Shown here in pieces: positions 1 to 12,830 of a DNA stretch of 64,000 nucleotides. A model generated the notes under the pieces. That model saw only the letters and a list, made by a program, of their open reading frames with translations, did no database searches and had not been told where the DNA came from. The first letter of the stretch is position 1. Each line of letters starts with the position of its first letter. Made by a program: the position numbers and the translations under genes. Origin of the DNA: Schmidtea polychroa (Eukaryota); contig CM097887.1 in NCBI GenBank assembly GCA_044892525.1, positions 117,840,397-117,904,396 of the forward strand, written 5' to 3'.

Positions 1-95
1 TTAAAATTTTTTTTGGCTTTTTCAAGTAAAAATGACAGCGGCAAAAATTGGTGTTAAATTAAGTCATATACTTTTAGATTTAAAAAGAATATTAA

Positions 96-495
96 GCCTT
101 TGAGGGCCGGCCGCCACTATAGTGGCAAACTAGTTCTAAAAATATCAAATGTGGTTTTTCTTATATAAAATTAAAAAAGAAAATTTTTTTTCAAATAAAA
201 AAATTTCATAAAACACACTGTTTACATAATATTAGCTAAAAACTAAAATAAATTAAACTATAATGAAAATCACATTTCTGTGTGTATTTTTATAAAACTA
301 AACAAAACAAATGATTTTTTTCAAGAATTTTTTTTCTAAAAACTACGAATCAATATGTAAAAATAAGAAAATACAAAAAATTCAATCGAGAAATAAACTA
401 TTTTATTTTTATCAATAAATATGGTTATTATAAATTTACTAAAAAAAATAAAATTAAAAAATTTAAATAAATTTAAAAAAAAGCCGGTCAAAGGG
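96..495. mobile_element. piggyBac-like non-autonomous element (MITE)
   Basis: Flanked by TTAA (92-95, 496-499). Ends GCCTTTGAGGGCCGG and CCGGTCAAAGGG are imperfect inverted repeats of the CCCTTT type. No ORF. Confidence 0.55.
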
Positions 496-959
496 TTAAT
501 AATTTGAATATTTCTATTATAAAAATATGTGTTGTAACTTATTTGTTTAAATAATTCGCTTTAAATAATTGCAAATTTTTAATGGAGACTTTTTAAGACA
601 TAACTGATTTAAACAAAATATTGGTTGATAAAGACTAACTGAAAATAGAGAAAATTAAAAATGTTCTATAGTGAAAATGATCAAATATTTTACTAATAAA
701 TAAATATATAAAAAGGTTTTCTATTTATTTTTAATCTTTTAGTCAGCAGTGTAATAATGAGGTAGAAAAAACTTTAAAGCCCCCAGCTAAAAAAGGTATA
801 TTTCCATATAAAGTTATTAAATACTAAAAGTACAATTAAATATTTCAAAAATAACACATATTCCACTTATATATAATGAAGGATCACATAAAAAAGATCA
901 ATTGGTCAATATCAAATGAGTGATTTATCGCTTCTAGCAACAGAAAATTATAATGATTA

Positions 960-1264
960 TAACGCATCTATCCAGCGACGAAGAAGTTCCACAAATGCAT
1001 TTCGAAGAAATTTGAAGCAAAAGACGACAAGATATACTCCACCTTTTCCTTTAGTTCTTTTGCGGATCGAATATGGTGGCCTTTCAGATGTTCTTTGAGA
1101 TGACGGAATGGCACAAAACAACTGGGAGCAAGATTTGGACTGAATAGAGCCAAACTCTTTTGTTGTGGTCGTGGAAAGGTTGGAAGAGTGAAGTGAGCGT
1201 AGCAACGCAACAACCAGAGAGATATGCCTGGAAACCTTCGCCGATGCTTCCACACATCACGCAT
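960..1264 (-). pseudogene. mariner-like transposase C-terminal fragment
   Basis: FSPNLAPSCFVPFRHLKEHLKGHHIRSAKELKEKVEYILSSFASNFF resembles the mariner YSPDLAPSD(Y/F)HLF..L...L.G..F motif. Truncated and degenerate. Confidence 0.55.
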
Positions 1265-2835
1265 TAATTTACTCTAATATTGGGAGTTCACTGTGACTTT
1301 ACGATCCAGAAATTCCATTTTAATTATGTCGTGAATGTCTACAGTAAGAAAGCAGTAAGCATGGGAGCCGATCCATGAGGGAGAACAATTTTCTGACACA
1401 AATGTAGTTAGCAGCAACGACGTCAAATTCAAGTGTTATACTTGGTCTACCTTGCATTTATGATAAGTCATACGAGTTCCTTTCCATTCGTCTTTCGAAA
1501 ATATATTTTGTTCCACTTTGTTCTTTATACTATCGGAAATTTCAATAATCCACATAATCTTATCTTCATAATCAAAAGCTTTTTTTAGGAAACTATATAC
1601 TTTTTCTCCTGTTCTTTCATCGCTACCCATTATTTTGCTGTTTTCATTTCTATGATCTATACTGCTACTTTTATAAACTTTAAAATTAGTTTTATTATTC
1701 ATATTATTACATAAATCTTTACAAAAAACTTTTAATTTTCATTATTGTTTCTGAATTTGTCTATCAATTTAAATTTAAGAATTTCAAAGACTATTTTGTT
1801 TGAAATTAAATACTCTATTTAATGAGAGTATGATGTAATTAAAATTTCATTTTTAGTACAACATTTTTGAATTTACATATCATTTTAAACAACTAGATAT
1901 ATTTTCACTCAAACAAAATATAGATAGAATTTATATCTATACAAAATAACATCATTTATTTATTTCATATTCATAATCATAACACCTTAAACAATGCCTT
2001 TTTAGCCAACTTTTACATAAACACACATTTCAAACTTTTAAAAAATACAAATTATTCATATATACTTAAGAAAACCCATTCTGCTATAAAAAATCATATT
2101 AAAAGACATTGAAAACTAACAATTTATTAAAATCACAAAGAAATTCGAGCACTATCTACTCTCCAAATTGATGATATGACATCTTTCTCATTATATCCTT
2201 GTATTGAAATATTTACAAACCTATTTCCATATTTTTATGTTCAATTTTTTGAAAGGCATCATAAAAACTTGAATTTCGATTGTTGATGAATATATTTTCA
2301 TTGCAACTTAGATTCTTATAAAAAATTTAAATTGATGACGTTAATTTAAACAAAATTTTAATATTAAGTAATTGACAAATAAAAACAAAATAGAAAAATT
2401 TCCAAATTGACGATTAAATAAAATGAATTTCGTAAAACATAAATTTCTAAATTTATTTTCAATAATGACATTTGAAATTTGAATTTTTTAATGAATTATT
2501 ATTTTTTGTTTGTTTTTATTTCCTCACAATACAATAATAATTATAAGTGATTTTATACTATTAATTATCTCTGTGGGAATTTAAGACTAAAATATTATTA
2601 TAAAATATATTTTATAGGAACCTTTAGATATCGCTCACAAAGTCTTGCTTAAAAACATTAATTTCATAACAATTAAATAAAAATTAAAACACAAAATAAT
2701 GAAAACAATTCTATCGATTTTAAAAATATAACAATGACAATTAAAACTGTGCATTGTTATTGCGTACACAATTACTGATAATTATTAATATTTATCACTA
2801 TTTTCATTTCAGTTTTTCTTGTCAATTTTTCTGAA

Positions 2836-4690
2836 ATGTCAACTTTATTTAAAATTCTCATTGTCATATGTTCAATAGGGGTAAGCCTGGAGGAGTTACC
2901 CCCGTATTCATGTCCAAAAGCCAAACCATTCAAAACAATGAAATTCAACTGTGCAAATTTTATGGAAGTATGCGTAAAAACTGGTGAGGAAATAATTCAT
3001 TTATTAAGATAAATATTTTTTTATTGATCCAAGGGCTTCTTTTGATCGGATCTAAACACTAATTGGAAAAATCATGACTAATTATATTTCTATTTTTTCC
3101 TTGTGAAATTTAAATTTTTAAAATTTTAATTAATCTTATAAATATTTAAACAATTATTTTCTATTAATAAGGATATTTTGTTATTATAAATGACACATTT
3201 ATTATCAAAACTTTAATTGATAAGAATAGTTCAAGGTCATATATTATTTGGTAGCATTTAGGAATTAAAGGGAAATTTAATTAAATAATTTAATATCAAA
3301 TAATTAAATAATAATTTCAGAAAATAATAAAATAGGAATATTATCATATACTAAAAAGCATGCTAGCGTTATATCAAGCCTTTCAATCAAGGTTCTACTG
3401 TTCAATCTCTTTTCTAAAATAAATCTTTTAATATGAAATTTCAATCTTTCAAGATTTCATGGAATGTTGTCCTTGAGATCTCTCTAAAATCTCTCAATAA
3501 TGTTTGTATAAATAGAGGGTGCTACCAGTACCACGCTCAAATCTTGCTAACATCCAAGATGATTGTTTAACCAGCTTTTTTCTTATTCTACTTCTATTGA
3601 TAAATGCGTTTCATTTATTTCCACAAAAGAGTTAGCACCTCCAATTATTCACTTTTCGTTAACATGGATTTCAAACTACTTATTTCGAAGTTTATCATTT
3701 TAAAAAACTACTTGGCGCACTAATTAAGGTATATAATACAGTTTCCTATATTGTCATTTTGAGACATAAACAATGAGTCGTGATACAATTTTCACCTATA
3801 AACAATTTCCTTCGAAAATAGTACCATAAAACGGAGAAAGTATTTTACTGATATTCCGACTTCACGACACCATGAATGTCCACAAATATTATATATTTTC
3901 CTTCATAAATCCAATAACTTAAGTCTTTCGGAAAAAATAAAAGCCTTTTCGTCAGTTAAAATTTTCGCTCCAAATTCAAAAAAATTCATTCTAAATGCAA
4001 TTTTTGTTGTATTAAATAAATAATTCAATATTTAAATACTAAATTAAATGCCATCCCCAGATACGTAAGTAATACCTATTTTTTGTTTAAATTATAGAAT
4101 ATCAGAACAGAAATTTATTTTCTGTTTAGTTAAGGTTATAAAATTAGCTATCAGATATAAAATTTCATATGATCAACAGATCTATAAAGCCTTTAAAGCC
4201 TATAAAGCATTAAAGACTGACAATTTTTTATTTAGACAATAGCTAAAATATCACGCTTCACTGAAATTTATCAATGGAAAGATAATATTTATTATATAAG
4301 TTTATTCAAATAGTNNNNNNNNNNNNNNNNNNNNNNNNNNNNNNNNNNNNNNNNNNNNNNNNNNNNNNNNNNNNNNNNNNNNNNNNNNNNNNNNNNNNNN
4401 NNNNNNNNNNNNNNNNNNNNNNNNNNNNNNNNNNNNNNNNNNNNNNNNNNNNNNNNNNNNNNNNNNNNNNNNNNNNNNNNNNNNNNNNGAATGTAACAAT
4501 TTTCGAAATGTCTGCGCTCGTAAGTTTTGATCAAATTATAAAAAGCATACTTCATGTTATTTGCAGAATGCCCACCGTCCAATTTCAGTACCTTAAGTAA
4601 CATTAATTTTTTTTAGTAGCATTTTAATTCTTTATTCAAACAACAGCTTATTTAAATATGGGGAATATGCAAGGTGAGATTTTTGAATAA
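2836..4690 (+). CDS. small secreted 6-Cys peptide, paralog A (multi-exon; exon 2 start hidden in N gap)
   Basis: Exon 2836-2983 reads MSTLFKILIVICSIGVSLEELPPYSCPKAKPFKTMKFNCANFMEVCVKT, then GTGAG donor. Partial exon 4489-4519 ECNNFRNVCA with GTAAG donor. Exon 4567-4596 CPPSNFSTL. Tentative last exon from 4647. Exon sizes and phases match paralog B at 22906. Confidence 0.6.
3380..3900 (-). pseudogene. Merlin/IS1595-family transposase relic
   Basis: Minus-strand fragments IGGANSFVEINETHLS and SWMLARFERGTG match the Merlin IGG..IVEIDES...WVFGG.ERG motif. Many stops and frameshifts. Confidence 0.5.
4315..4488. other. assembly gap (further gaps at 7323-7483, 13202-13372, 29806-29971)
   Basis: Runs of N. 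Confidence 1.
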
Positions 4691-5267
4691 GTATCAAGTT
4701 TGGTAATTCTTTTTGTCATATAAAATAAGAATAAAATTTTCAACTTAAAAAGAATATATATTTTATTTCTATATGATTATGTTAATTATTCGTATAAAAA
4801 TAACACATTCCTCAGAAGTTTACATTTTAGCTCAAAAATAATATTGTTTGCTTTAAATAATACCAAAATTGATAAAAATAGTAATTCAAAATTAAAACAA
4901 AAAATATCTTTTCAAATGATCGTTGTAAACAATTATTTTAATTTCTTTTTTTATCTTTATAATTTTATTTATTGAGATTTTATATTTCCAGAACAATTAA
5001 CGAACAACATAAAACGCACAAGTTTGAATTTATACACTGTTCCCTTTTTTATTATTCAATTTCCTTGATTTTCATTTATTTTCAGTCTAGATATAAATAA
5101 ATGTAAAAATTATAATCTGGAAAATAATGAAAATAAAGGAAAATGAAAATAATAATTATTAATTTATTATTTAATTTATATAAATTTTTAGATTCAATTT
5201 ATATTCTTAATTGGGTAATAAGTAAGATTGTACTGTTTCATTTTAATGTATGAATGCTATATTAGTT

Positions 5268-5431
5268 ATGGTGAACCTTCTAATGCTCATCTTGCTAATA
5301 TTGGAAGTCAGATTCAAGATCATAAGTAAGAAAATAGAAATATATTTTATCAAAAAGTCACTCGAATATCAATTAGACAATATATTTCTACAGGTTCACT
5401 GTCACAATTAAATAGGAATGGAAAACTATAA
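5268..5431 (+). CDS. putative tiny secreted peptide with EVRFK signal-peptide exon
   Basis: Exon 5268-5325 MVNLLMLILLILEVRFKII with GTAAG donor; intron ends CTACAG at 5393; next exon SSLSQLNRNGKL*. A paralogous first exon lies at 28290. Confidence 0.4.
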
Positions 5432-6298
5432 AGATTTTAAATTGCTTTTTTGAAAATATTATCAAAATCATAAATAAATAATTAGTTAATTGTAAAAAAT
5501 TATTTTATTTTTAAACATTCATTTTAAAAATTAAAAAATTCTTATTTAAATAAACATTTTAATTTTTAATAAGTTTTACATAACATTTAATGATTAAATT
5601 TTAATCAATAAAATCATCATAAACAATACGTCACTGGATTTTCCAACTTCATTTATTTTGTAAAAACACCTTTAAAACACAAATATTCACATAATTTTAC
5701 TCATTAGTTTTCATTTATCACTTTAAAATATGATAATACAAACACAAACACATCATTTTATGCATTATCTTTCCCTTATTGTGGTCATCGTTATTAATCA
5801 ATGCCATTAGTTGATCGTGATCAAGATTGAGATAACAGGTAATAATAAAATTATATAAATAATAATAATTACTAGTCCAAGACCCGAAAGAGTTAGAGAA
5901 AAGAAAAACACATTTTAGGTCAAAACTTATTAAAATGTTCTAACCAAATTGTCTTTGAATACGACGTAAATTAAATCAAAACAAATTTGAAAATTATTTC
6001 TGTAATTATAGGAAATAAAATCATAATCATTTTATGCATGGAAAAGGGTAGACGGCATAAAGTAGGTTGGTAATTGAGTGGAAATAGTTTGTTTTAGGCA
6101 AAAAAATTGTTTGTAATAAAAGTCAGTGACTGTGATAAATATATTAATAATAAAATGTAAAAACCATATGGTTGGCATAAATTGTCTAATTGTTGAATTC
6201 TTTCTCGTCGGTTTGTACGGCATGAAAATATAATCTTTTGTAATTTATTTCCAATTTAGTGTGATATTCTTGTGTTGTATATTTGGTATCTATATATA

Positions 6299-6557
6299 CA
6301 TGGGCGTCCGTAGGGGGGTGGGCAAGTGGGGAAACTTGACACCCATGGATTTCCCAAACCATTCTATTTTTCGATTAATTTAAACACATTTTAATAGATG
6401 CGCTCAAACAATGTTGAAAAAACTCTAGACAAAAATAATTAATAAAAAAATTTAATTTAAAGAGGCTTCCCGCATTTTTTCTCTATTCTCTACCACCTAG
6501 AAACATTGTCTACTTGGTAAAAAAAATATTTTTGCCTTCCCCCATGGAAAAATTTCT
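6299..6557. mobile_element. truncated MITE
   Basis: GC-rich end CATGGGCGTCCGTAGGGGGGTGGGCAA and a partial opposite end TTTTGCCTTCCCCCATGGAAAAATTTCT, typical of CATGGGCGTCCG-TIR MITEs. Confidence 0.45.
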
Positions 6558-6559
6558 AT

Positions 6560-7060
6560 ATATTATAAGAACTTTCATTTCTTCCATTTTCACCACTGAT
6601 TATTTTATACATTGAATTAAAAAGAGAGGTTGAAGATTATAATTCAGTAATATATCAATGTTTGTTGATACTCACGAATTTTCGGCACTGCCTTTTTCAA
6701 GTGAATTTACCGCGACCCCGAATTTAGAAAAAAAATACTCATGAAAAATTAAAATTAAGGGAAATTCAATCGGATAAGCGTTTGGTTAGGTAATTAAAAG
6801 TAATACATAGGTTATATTCATGACAATAAATTTAATTAATTTAAACCAAAATTTAATAAAAATAAAATGTTAAAAATGGTTGCGTTATATTCGGGCTAAT
6901 ATGGTATATATGTTATAGGAACTTTAATTTCCAACTTCACCACTGATTATATTTTCCATTGAATTTATTAAAAAGAGAGCTTGAAGACTATAAATCAGTA
7001 ATATATCGATGTTTTTTGATACTTACTAACTTTCGGCACTGCCGTTTTCAAGTGAATTTG
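6560..7060 (+). repeat. two direct copies (~6560-6710, ~6925-7060) of a dispersed repeat also found at 29366-29605
   Basis: Shared core AAAAGAGAG(G/C)TTGAAGA..ATA..TCAGTAATATATC.ATGTTT.TTGATACT...TTTCGGCACTGCC.TTTTCAAGTGAATTT. Confidence 0.8.
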
Positions 7061-9010
7061 ATCATTATTGCATTTACCAATAATTGTTGGGGAAAAATAA
7101 ATTTATTTTATATTTATTTAATAAATTTATTGGTTTAATTATATTTTAATTATTTAAATAATATTTTTTGATATTTTATATATATTCTTTTTAAATCCAT
7201 TCTGTCTTATAAATAAAATATAATAAGCATATTTGTTTACTGTCTCTGATATATTTGTTTAAATTAATCAATTTATATTCTTAGCGAAATTATTTCGTTC
7301 CAAAAATAGAAAAGGTAATTTTNNNNNNNNNNNNNNNNNNNNNNNNNNNNNNNNNNNNNNNNNNNNNNNNNNNNNNNNNNNNNNNNNNNNNNNNNNNNNN
7401 NNNNNNNNNNNNNNNNNNNNNNNNNNNNNNNNNNNNNNNNNNNNNNNNNNNNNNNNNNNNNNNNNNNNNNNNNNNNNNNNNNNNTAACATCTTTCATAAT
7501 TTATGAACCATAGATAAACCTATATTATAGAATCAAATTCATATACCCAGCATTGAATAACATTCGAAATAAATAAAATGTAGGTCGTGCCGCTTTATTA
7601 TAAAAATAAAATTTTTACATGTAAAATGTACGTGTGTTTAATATTGACAATATTGTAGGAAATAAACATCTTTTATTAAATTTACAAGGATACTTAGAGG
7701 AAACATTACTTCCCAAAAATAAACTTCCAAATTCTAAAGTTCCTTGATGTCTGATTTCTGTCGCCAATAATTTTATCCACTTTCAAATAAAGGGTCTTTG
7801 GTACAAGGAATGAGTTTCCTTAAGACCCAAGTGTTATAGTTTAATAGGGAATAAGGACACCATGGAAGCTGGCAGTCTTGTCTTTGGCAATTATTAAGGG
7901 TTCGATATCGAAGATGATAATGCACTGATATAGCGAAGCAAGAGTGGAATCCAACAGCAGAAGAGCATCATCAAATAGACAATATTTTAGAAACATTTGT
8001 GAAAGTATTATAATCAATTGTCTTGACTTACATTTTTTATATATAAGAATTTTTTTTTAATAAAGTGGCTTGATCTACATTTTATTTATTTCGGATGTTA
8101 TTCACTGTCTTGCAATATGTTGGGTATATGATTTTTATTTTATTGTATAGGTTTTTCTATGTTTCATAATATATAAAAGTTGTTAGATTATGGTCTGACC
8201 TACATTTTCATTTACAAATTAATTTTAAATTTGAGAATTCACTGTCTTGTCATGTGTTAATTATAGGATTTTAATTATATTATATAAGATGTTTTGTGTT
8301 TCATAATACAGGAAGGAAGTTATATTATAGCTTGACCTACATATAATATAGAAACTTCGGACCTCATTTCCATAGCAACCATGCAAATTTATATACGAAA
8401 CTTATTTTCGTGACCTATATAAAATTCTGAGTTGACCTATATATTTTCTAGCTGGAGTGGTGATGGCTTGGAAAGGACATAACAATTTACTCTCTACTAT
8501 TTTCTCTGAATTTCCCACCATCTTCACTATTTTCATTTTGATTTCAAATAGATTCAAATTATCTAAGAGCTCACAAAAATTCTTATATTCTTTCCTTATA
8601 TACACCACATAGTATTATTTAATTTTTCATTGCGTTTCATATTTTTTCCGTTCATGCAATAATTCATTAGATCTTTGGTTACATCCAGCCATCATACAGA
8701 ATGATCTCTTTCAGTAATTATTGGCCATGTAAGTTCTTTCGAAACAACTTCTGAACAGTATTTTTAGTTCCATAAACATATTTCTATTTACAATGACCTA
8801 CAAGTTCTTATTAAAAACAACAAGATCCAACACATTTAAGTTTAATTTTGAAAATATATAATATAATTTATTTGTTCATTTCAAGAAACAATTATAATTT
8901 GCATCTGTGAGCGGCTGATTAAAAATGGGTGAATCAAAATCAAGATGAAAAGCGAAAATACAAAATGATTTAAATTATTTCTAAATCAATTTTTCTATTG
9001 TAAATAACTT

Positions 9011-9642
9011 TAGTTGCCAGGTTTTTCGGTTTCGAACCGGACAGTCCGTTAATTCAACTACTTGTCTTATGGGAAAAAATCTGAAGGACCCGACGTACAT
9101 TTGTCCGGTATTTCTTCTAACGCTTTGAAAATTTTGAAATCCAAATTTTTTATACCGCAGTAGGCTATGGAAAATTTTATTTTATAAAAATTATAGTTTA
9201 ATAGGAAATGCAAAATAATAAAGTATTTTTTAAAGTTTTCTGCTGGTGTAGTAAAGTGATAAATAAATCTAAAGTTTGAAGTATTTAAAGTTTGAATTAT
9301 TAAGTGAAAAATTAAATATTAAATTTGTTTTTTTATATCAATCAACTAGGTCTGTATAACTTTAATAGCAAAATAATTTAAAATTAATTTAAAGTAATTC
9401 TAGCTAAGAAATGAGTGAGGTAGAATGTGGTTCCACAACAAAGAGAAGGAAGTGCCATCACAATGCAGATTAGCAAAAAAATATACTTGGGTCAGCGATA
9501 CGGTTTGTAAGTATCCGGTTTTGAACCGGACACTCTGTTAATTCAACTACTTGTCCGGTGGGAAAAAATAAGAAATAGCATTGTCTAAAGTTTATTTTAA
9601 AATTTTGTCCAGTATTCTTTAAGGTTTCGCCTGGCAACCCTA
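9011..9642. mobile_element. hAT-derived non-autonomous element
   Basis: Ends TAGTTGCCAGG and CCTGGCAACCCTA (TAGGGTTGCCA-type TIR). Internal ~45-bp direct repeat AACCGGACA..C.GTTAATTCAACTACTTGTC. Remnant MSEVECGSTTKRRKCHHNAD resembles a hAT transposase N-terminus. Confidence 0.55.
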
Positions 9643-10087
9643 TAAATAACAGTTAAATAAAATATGACACTTTTACATTCCAATTTTATTTATTCGTAAT
9701 AATAATGTATTTAAACAAAATAATTGAACATTTATTGTTAATTTTAGATAAACAATATGGACCTATAGAAGAGCGTGATGGTAAGATTCTTGATTTTAGA
9801 ATATTGATAATATTTCTTTCTAAATAAAGTCTTTAATATGATATTATATGCAATTTCTAAGGCCAGACCAGCTTTGAGCTTATTTGGTTTTCATCGGCAG
9901 CATGTAAAAAATTTTTTAATGTAATGTAACCGGAAAACTAAAGCCATTTTATTTTAATTACTTACAGTTATCATATAACATTTAACATCAGAACTCGATA
10001 TGGCTCCGCGCGTTCTTTTATTCAATTACAAATAAAAATTTGTTTTTATAACTATTTCTGGAAATATTGATGTTCACTTTCAAAGTA

Positions 10088-12158
10088 CAGTAACTACTCT
10101 CTTATCCGCCAAAATCGGGACTATGAAAAAAGGTGGCGGTTTCTAGAAAATGGCGGCTTTTAGAGTAAAAAATAATAAAATTTATTAAAAAATCTAGTAA
10201 AAAATTCATTTCTTTATTATCCAGTTATCCAAAGTCATATTAAATTTTCATTTTTTCTGTGCTTTGCTTATTGAATCAATACCAATTATTGCATCATTAT
10301 CAAATGTGTTTGATTGAGAAAAGTAATTCTTAATCTCTTGAAATTCATTGTAAAATTCTTGTTCTAAAATTCTTGTAACTAATTTTGAGTTGATATTGTC
10401 ATTAATTTCTTTTCGTCTACCACAATCTCACTCTAAAGCAGGCATGTCAACCACGCGGCCCACTACGATAGATTACTAATATGATTACTTAACATTTCAG
10501 TAAACCTTAATTTTTTTTTAATAACTCGTAAATTACCATATGTATTTCAAATATTTACATCTACATTTCATCTTGTTAAGACAAATTAAAATTTGCATCA
10601 TATCAGATGGTTACATACATGTGGACGCGAAGTAATCAGATCATTTTCGACTGAAGCACAACAGGATCAGAAATGCTTGAGTAACTCTAATGTCTAAAGC
10701 ATCATTTGTTATACTTAATAAAACATCCATTTCACTGTACTATAAATCCAAAAAATCCTTTTTATCAATTGGATTAAAAATATTTGCTTTTGACACAAAA
10801 TCATTATAAACATCAAAAGTAAAGTTTTCTTGTTCTTGTGACAATATTTGTGCGGCAGACCACTGTTCATGTTTGAAACAATTGGCAATGGCCATTGCAT
10901 TTACTTCATGCCAATCTAAATGTGTAAATATAATCGCATCTCGTACTGGTAATTTATTGTATCTATCAAACACATCACATCCTGCTTCTATTCTTTCAAT
11001 GATATTAGTCAGTAGTTTGCTTGTAAATATTGATTTGAAACATTTTATAATTCCTTGATCCAGTGGTTCTCAATTAATATAAAAGCGCGGAACACCAATC
11101 ACATGATTATTTTACGCGGAACACTGACGAAAAATACTTGCCCACAATGAGTGACCAATCACAAATTACTATAAATCTGTCGTAAACGTAAAAAATACCT
11201 TCTTATAAGCAAAGAAAATACCACGCGCAACAATAACAAGCACTTTTATATTTGTATGTTTATATATCTGTGTAACGGCTTTCTTATTGAATCATCTTAT
11301 AAAAAAATTAAATGAGGTTTTGATGATATGTATCTTAAATGCAAATTTAAAAATAAAATGTCATTTTTTCGCGGAACACTGGAAGCATACTCGCGGGACT
11401 CTGATGTTCCGCGGACCACGGGTTGAGAACCACTGCCTTGATCCAATAGCTGTAATGAAACCGTTAAATTTGCAGGCATGTAAAGAATCTCGATACGTTT
11501 TAAATCTATATCAACTCTGTGTGAAGGACAATTATCGAATACCAACAAATTGTTTGACCTAATATTGTCTGTTTTGTGTCCCAATCTAGCAGCCATTTAC
11601 TAAAAATCTCCGTTGTTATCCATGCTCTTGCAGAATGCATGTATTGCACGTATGTTTCGGGAAAAAAATTTGAAAAAACGTGGGTTCTTAAATTTACCAC
11701 TCACGTTTGTACAAAGCAACACAGATACTCTATCCTTCAAAATTTTATATCCACTTTGCTCATTTTTACATAATGATTTTGACGGAATAAGTTTGTAAAA
11801 TATTCCAGTCTCATCGACATTGTAAAGATTTTCAGGGCCATAAATTGACATGTGCAAAAAATCATTAGATTTAACATTTTCTGAAAAGTACGATTCACCA
11901 TGCAATCTTAAACACGACTATCTGTTATGTTTCGATTTTCTTCACAATATTTGATTATTTCAAGTTTTCTTTAATTGTCAAATGTACGCATTTCTTTTGC
12001 TCATCTAAAAGGGGAAAATTTAATACAAAAATAGCAAAAATTATAAACAAAAATAATTAATAAAATATATTATTAAACCATATTACACTTATTTATATTC
12101 ATTTTTACAAAAATAAATTGGAGGATTCCAGAAAATAGCGGATAAGAGAAGATTTCTA
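10088..12158 (-). mobile_element. Tigger/pogo DNA transposon, decayed
   Basis: TA-flanked imperfect TIRs sharing CTCTTATCCGC. Minus-strand DDE_1-type fragments YNVDETGIFYK, KDRVSVLLCTNVSG, AWITTEIFSKWL, LLVFDNCPSH, QLLDQG, DAIIFTHLDWHEV...IANCF. Confidence 0.8.
11061..11435. mobile_element. hAT MITE nested in the Tigger transposase
   Basis: 13-bp TIR CAGTGGTTCTCAA / TTGAGAACCACTG with an exact 8-bp TSD CCTTGATC (11053-11060, 11436-11443). Confidence 0.88.
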
Positions 12159-12239
12159 TATTAATGGAGGTTATATAGCAGGGTTGGGCACGCATGAGGT
12201 CCTCGAGAGCCAAATACAGGTTTTCCCTGTATTACAAAG

Positions 12240-12570
12240 AGTCACAGCATATTGTTAATGGGAGCCACACAGTTCATGATTCAATATTGAAAAGAAAATT
12301 GATTTTTGAAGTATCAAATTCAAGAAGTTCACGAAATGCTCTTCCATCCAAAATATGATGTTCAGAAATGTTTTCATTCCATAACAAGCAACATAATTCA
12401 ATTGTTTCAACCAATGGTAAATTAGTAAACAGACTAAAAACATCAAACGAAACCATAATTTCATCCACACTTTGTCTATCATATTGTGCAATGCAAGAGA
12501 CAAATTCAAAACTATCTTTATATTCAAATTCTGATCGTATTAATGGCTTTAATAATCCATCCAAAAATTT
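12240..12570 (-). pseudogene. Penelope-like element reverse transcriptase fragment
   Basis: KDSFEFV...MVSFDVFSLFTNLPL...RELLEF..INFLFN, followed by a frameshifted GSPL. Matches the PLE RT SFDV.SLFTNVP...AMGSP motif. Confidence 0.7.
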
Positions 12571-12830
12571 GGCTATTTTATATTGGGCAGTGCCGTATTC
12601 TCTGTATTCGAGCTCGAGAACATTATAGACCGAAGGCTTTGACCCATATTAGTGAACACAATAATGGCTGTAAGAGTAAAATAAGTATGTCTGATTTTTT
12701 TTATTTATTAAAAAATTTCGATAATTATTGGGAACGTGTAATTTGTGAGGCGCTATTGATAAAGTCATTGAATCAGAAAATTAATGTGCAGAATTCAGTG
12801 AATACTTGTGTTTTAAATGTTTTTAAATAA
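12570..12830 (+). pseudogene. Penelope-like GIY-YIG endonuclease 3' fragment
   Basis: YIGQCRILCIRAREH...ERVICEALLIKSLNQKINVQ matches the PLE GIY-YIG YIG.T.R.L..R..EH...E.L.I.....LN.Q pattern. Confidence 0.7.

Noticed and set aside
1090-1260. Plus-strand TFADAS as a BEL/Pao RNase H
   Set aside because: Several stops and only a short match. The minus-strand mariner match explains the region better.
1436-1702. 88-aa minus-strand ORF
   Set aside because: Could be a host exon, but no recognisable motif or splice support was found.
4292-4603. ORFs spanning N runs (also near 7273, 13174, 29791)
   Set aside because: Artefacts of translating through gaps.
8020-8350. Degenerate ~130-bp direct repeats (TTGACCTACAT / TTCACTGTCTTG)
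   Set aside because: Too diverged to define a unit or function with confidence.
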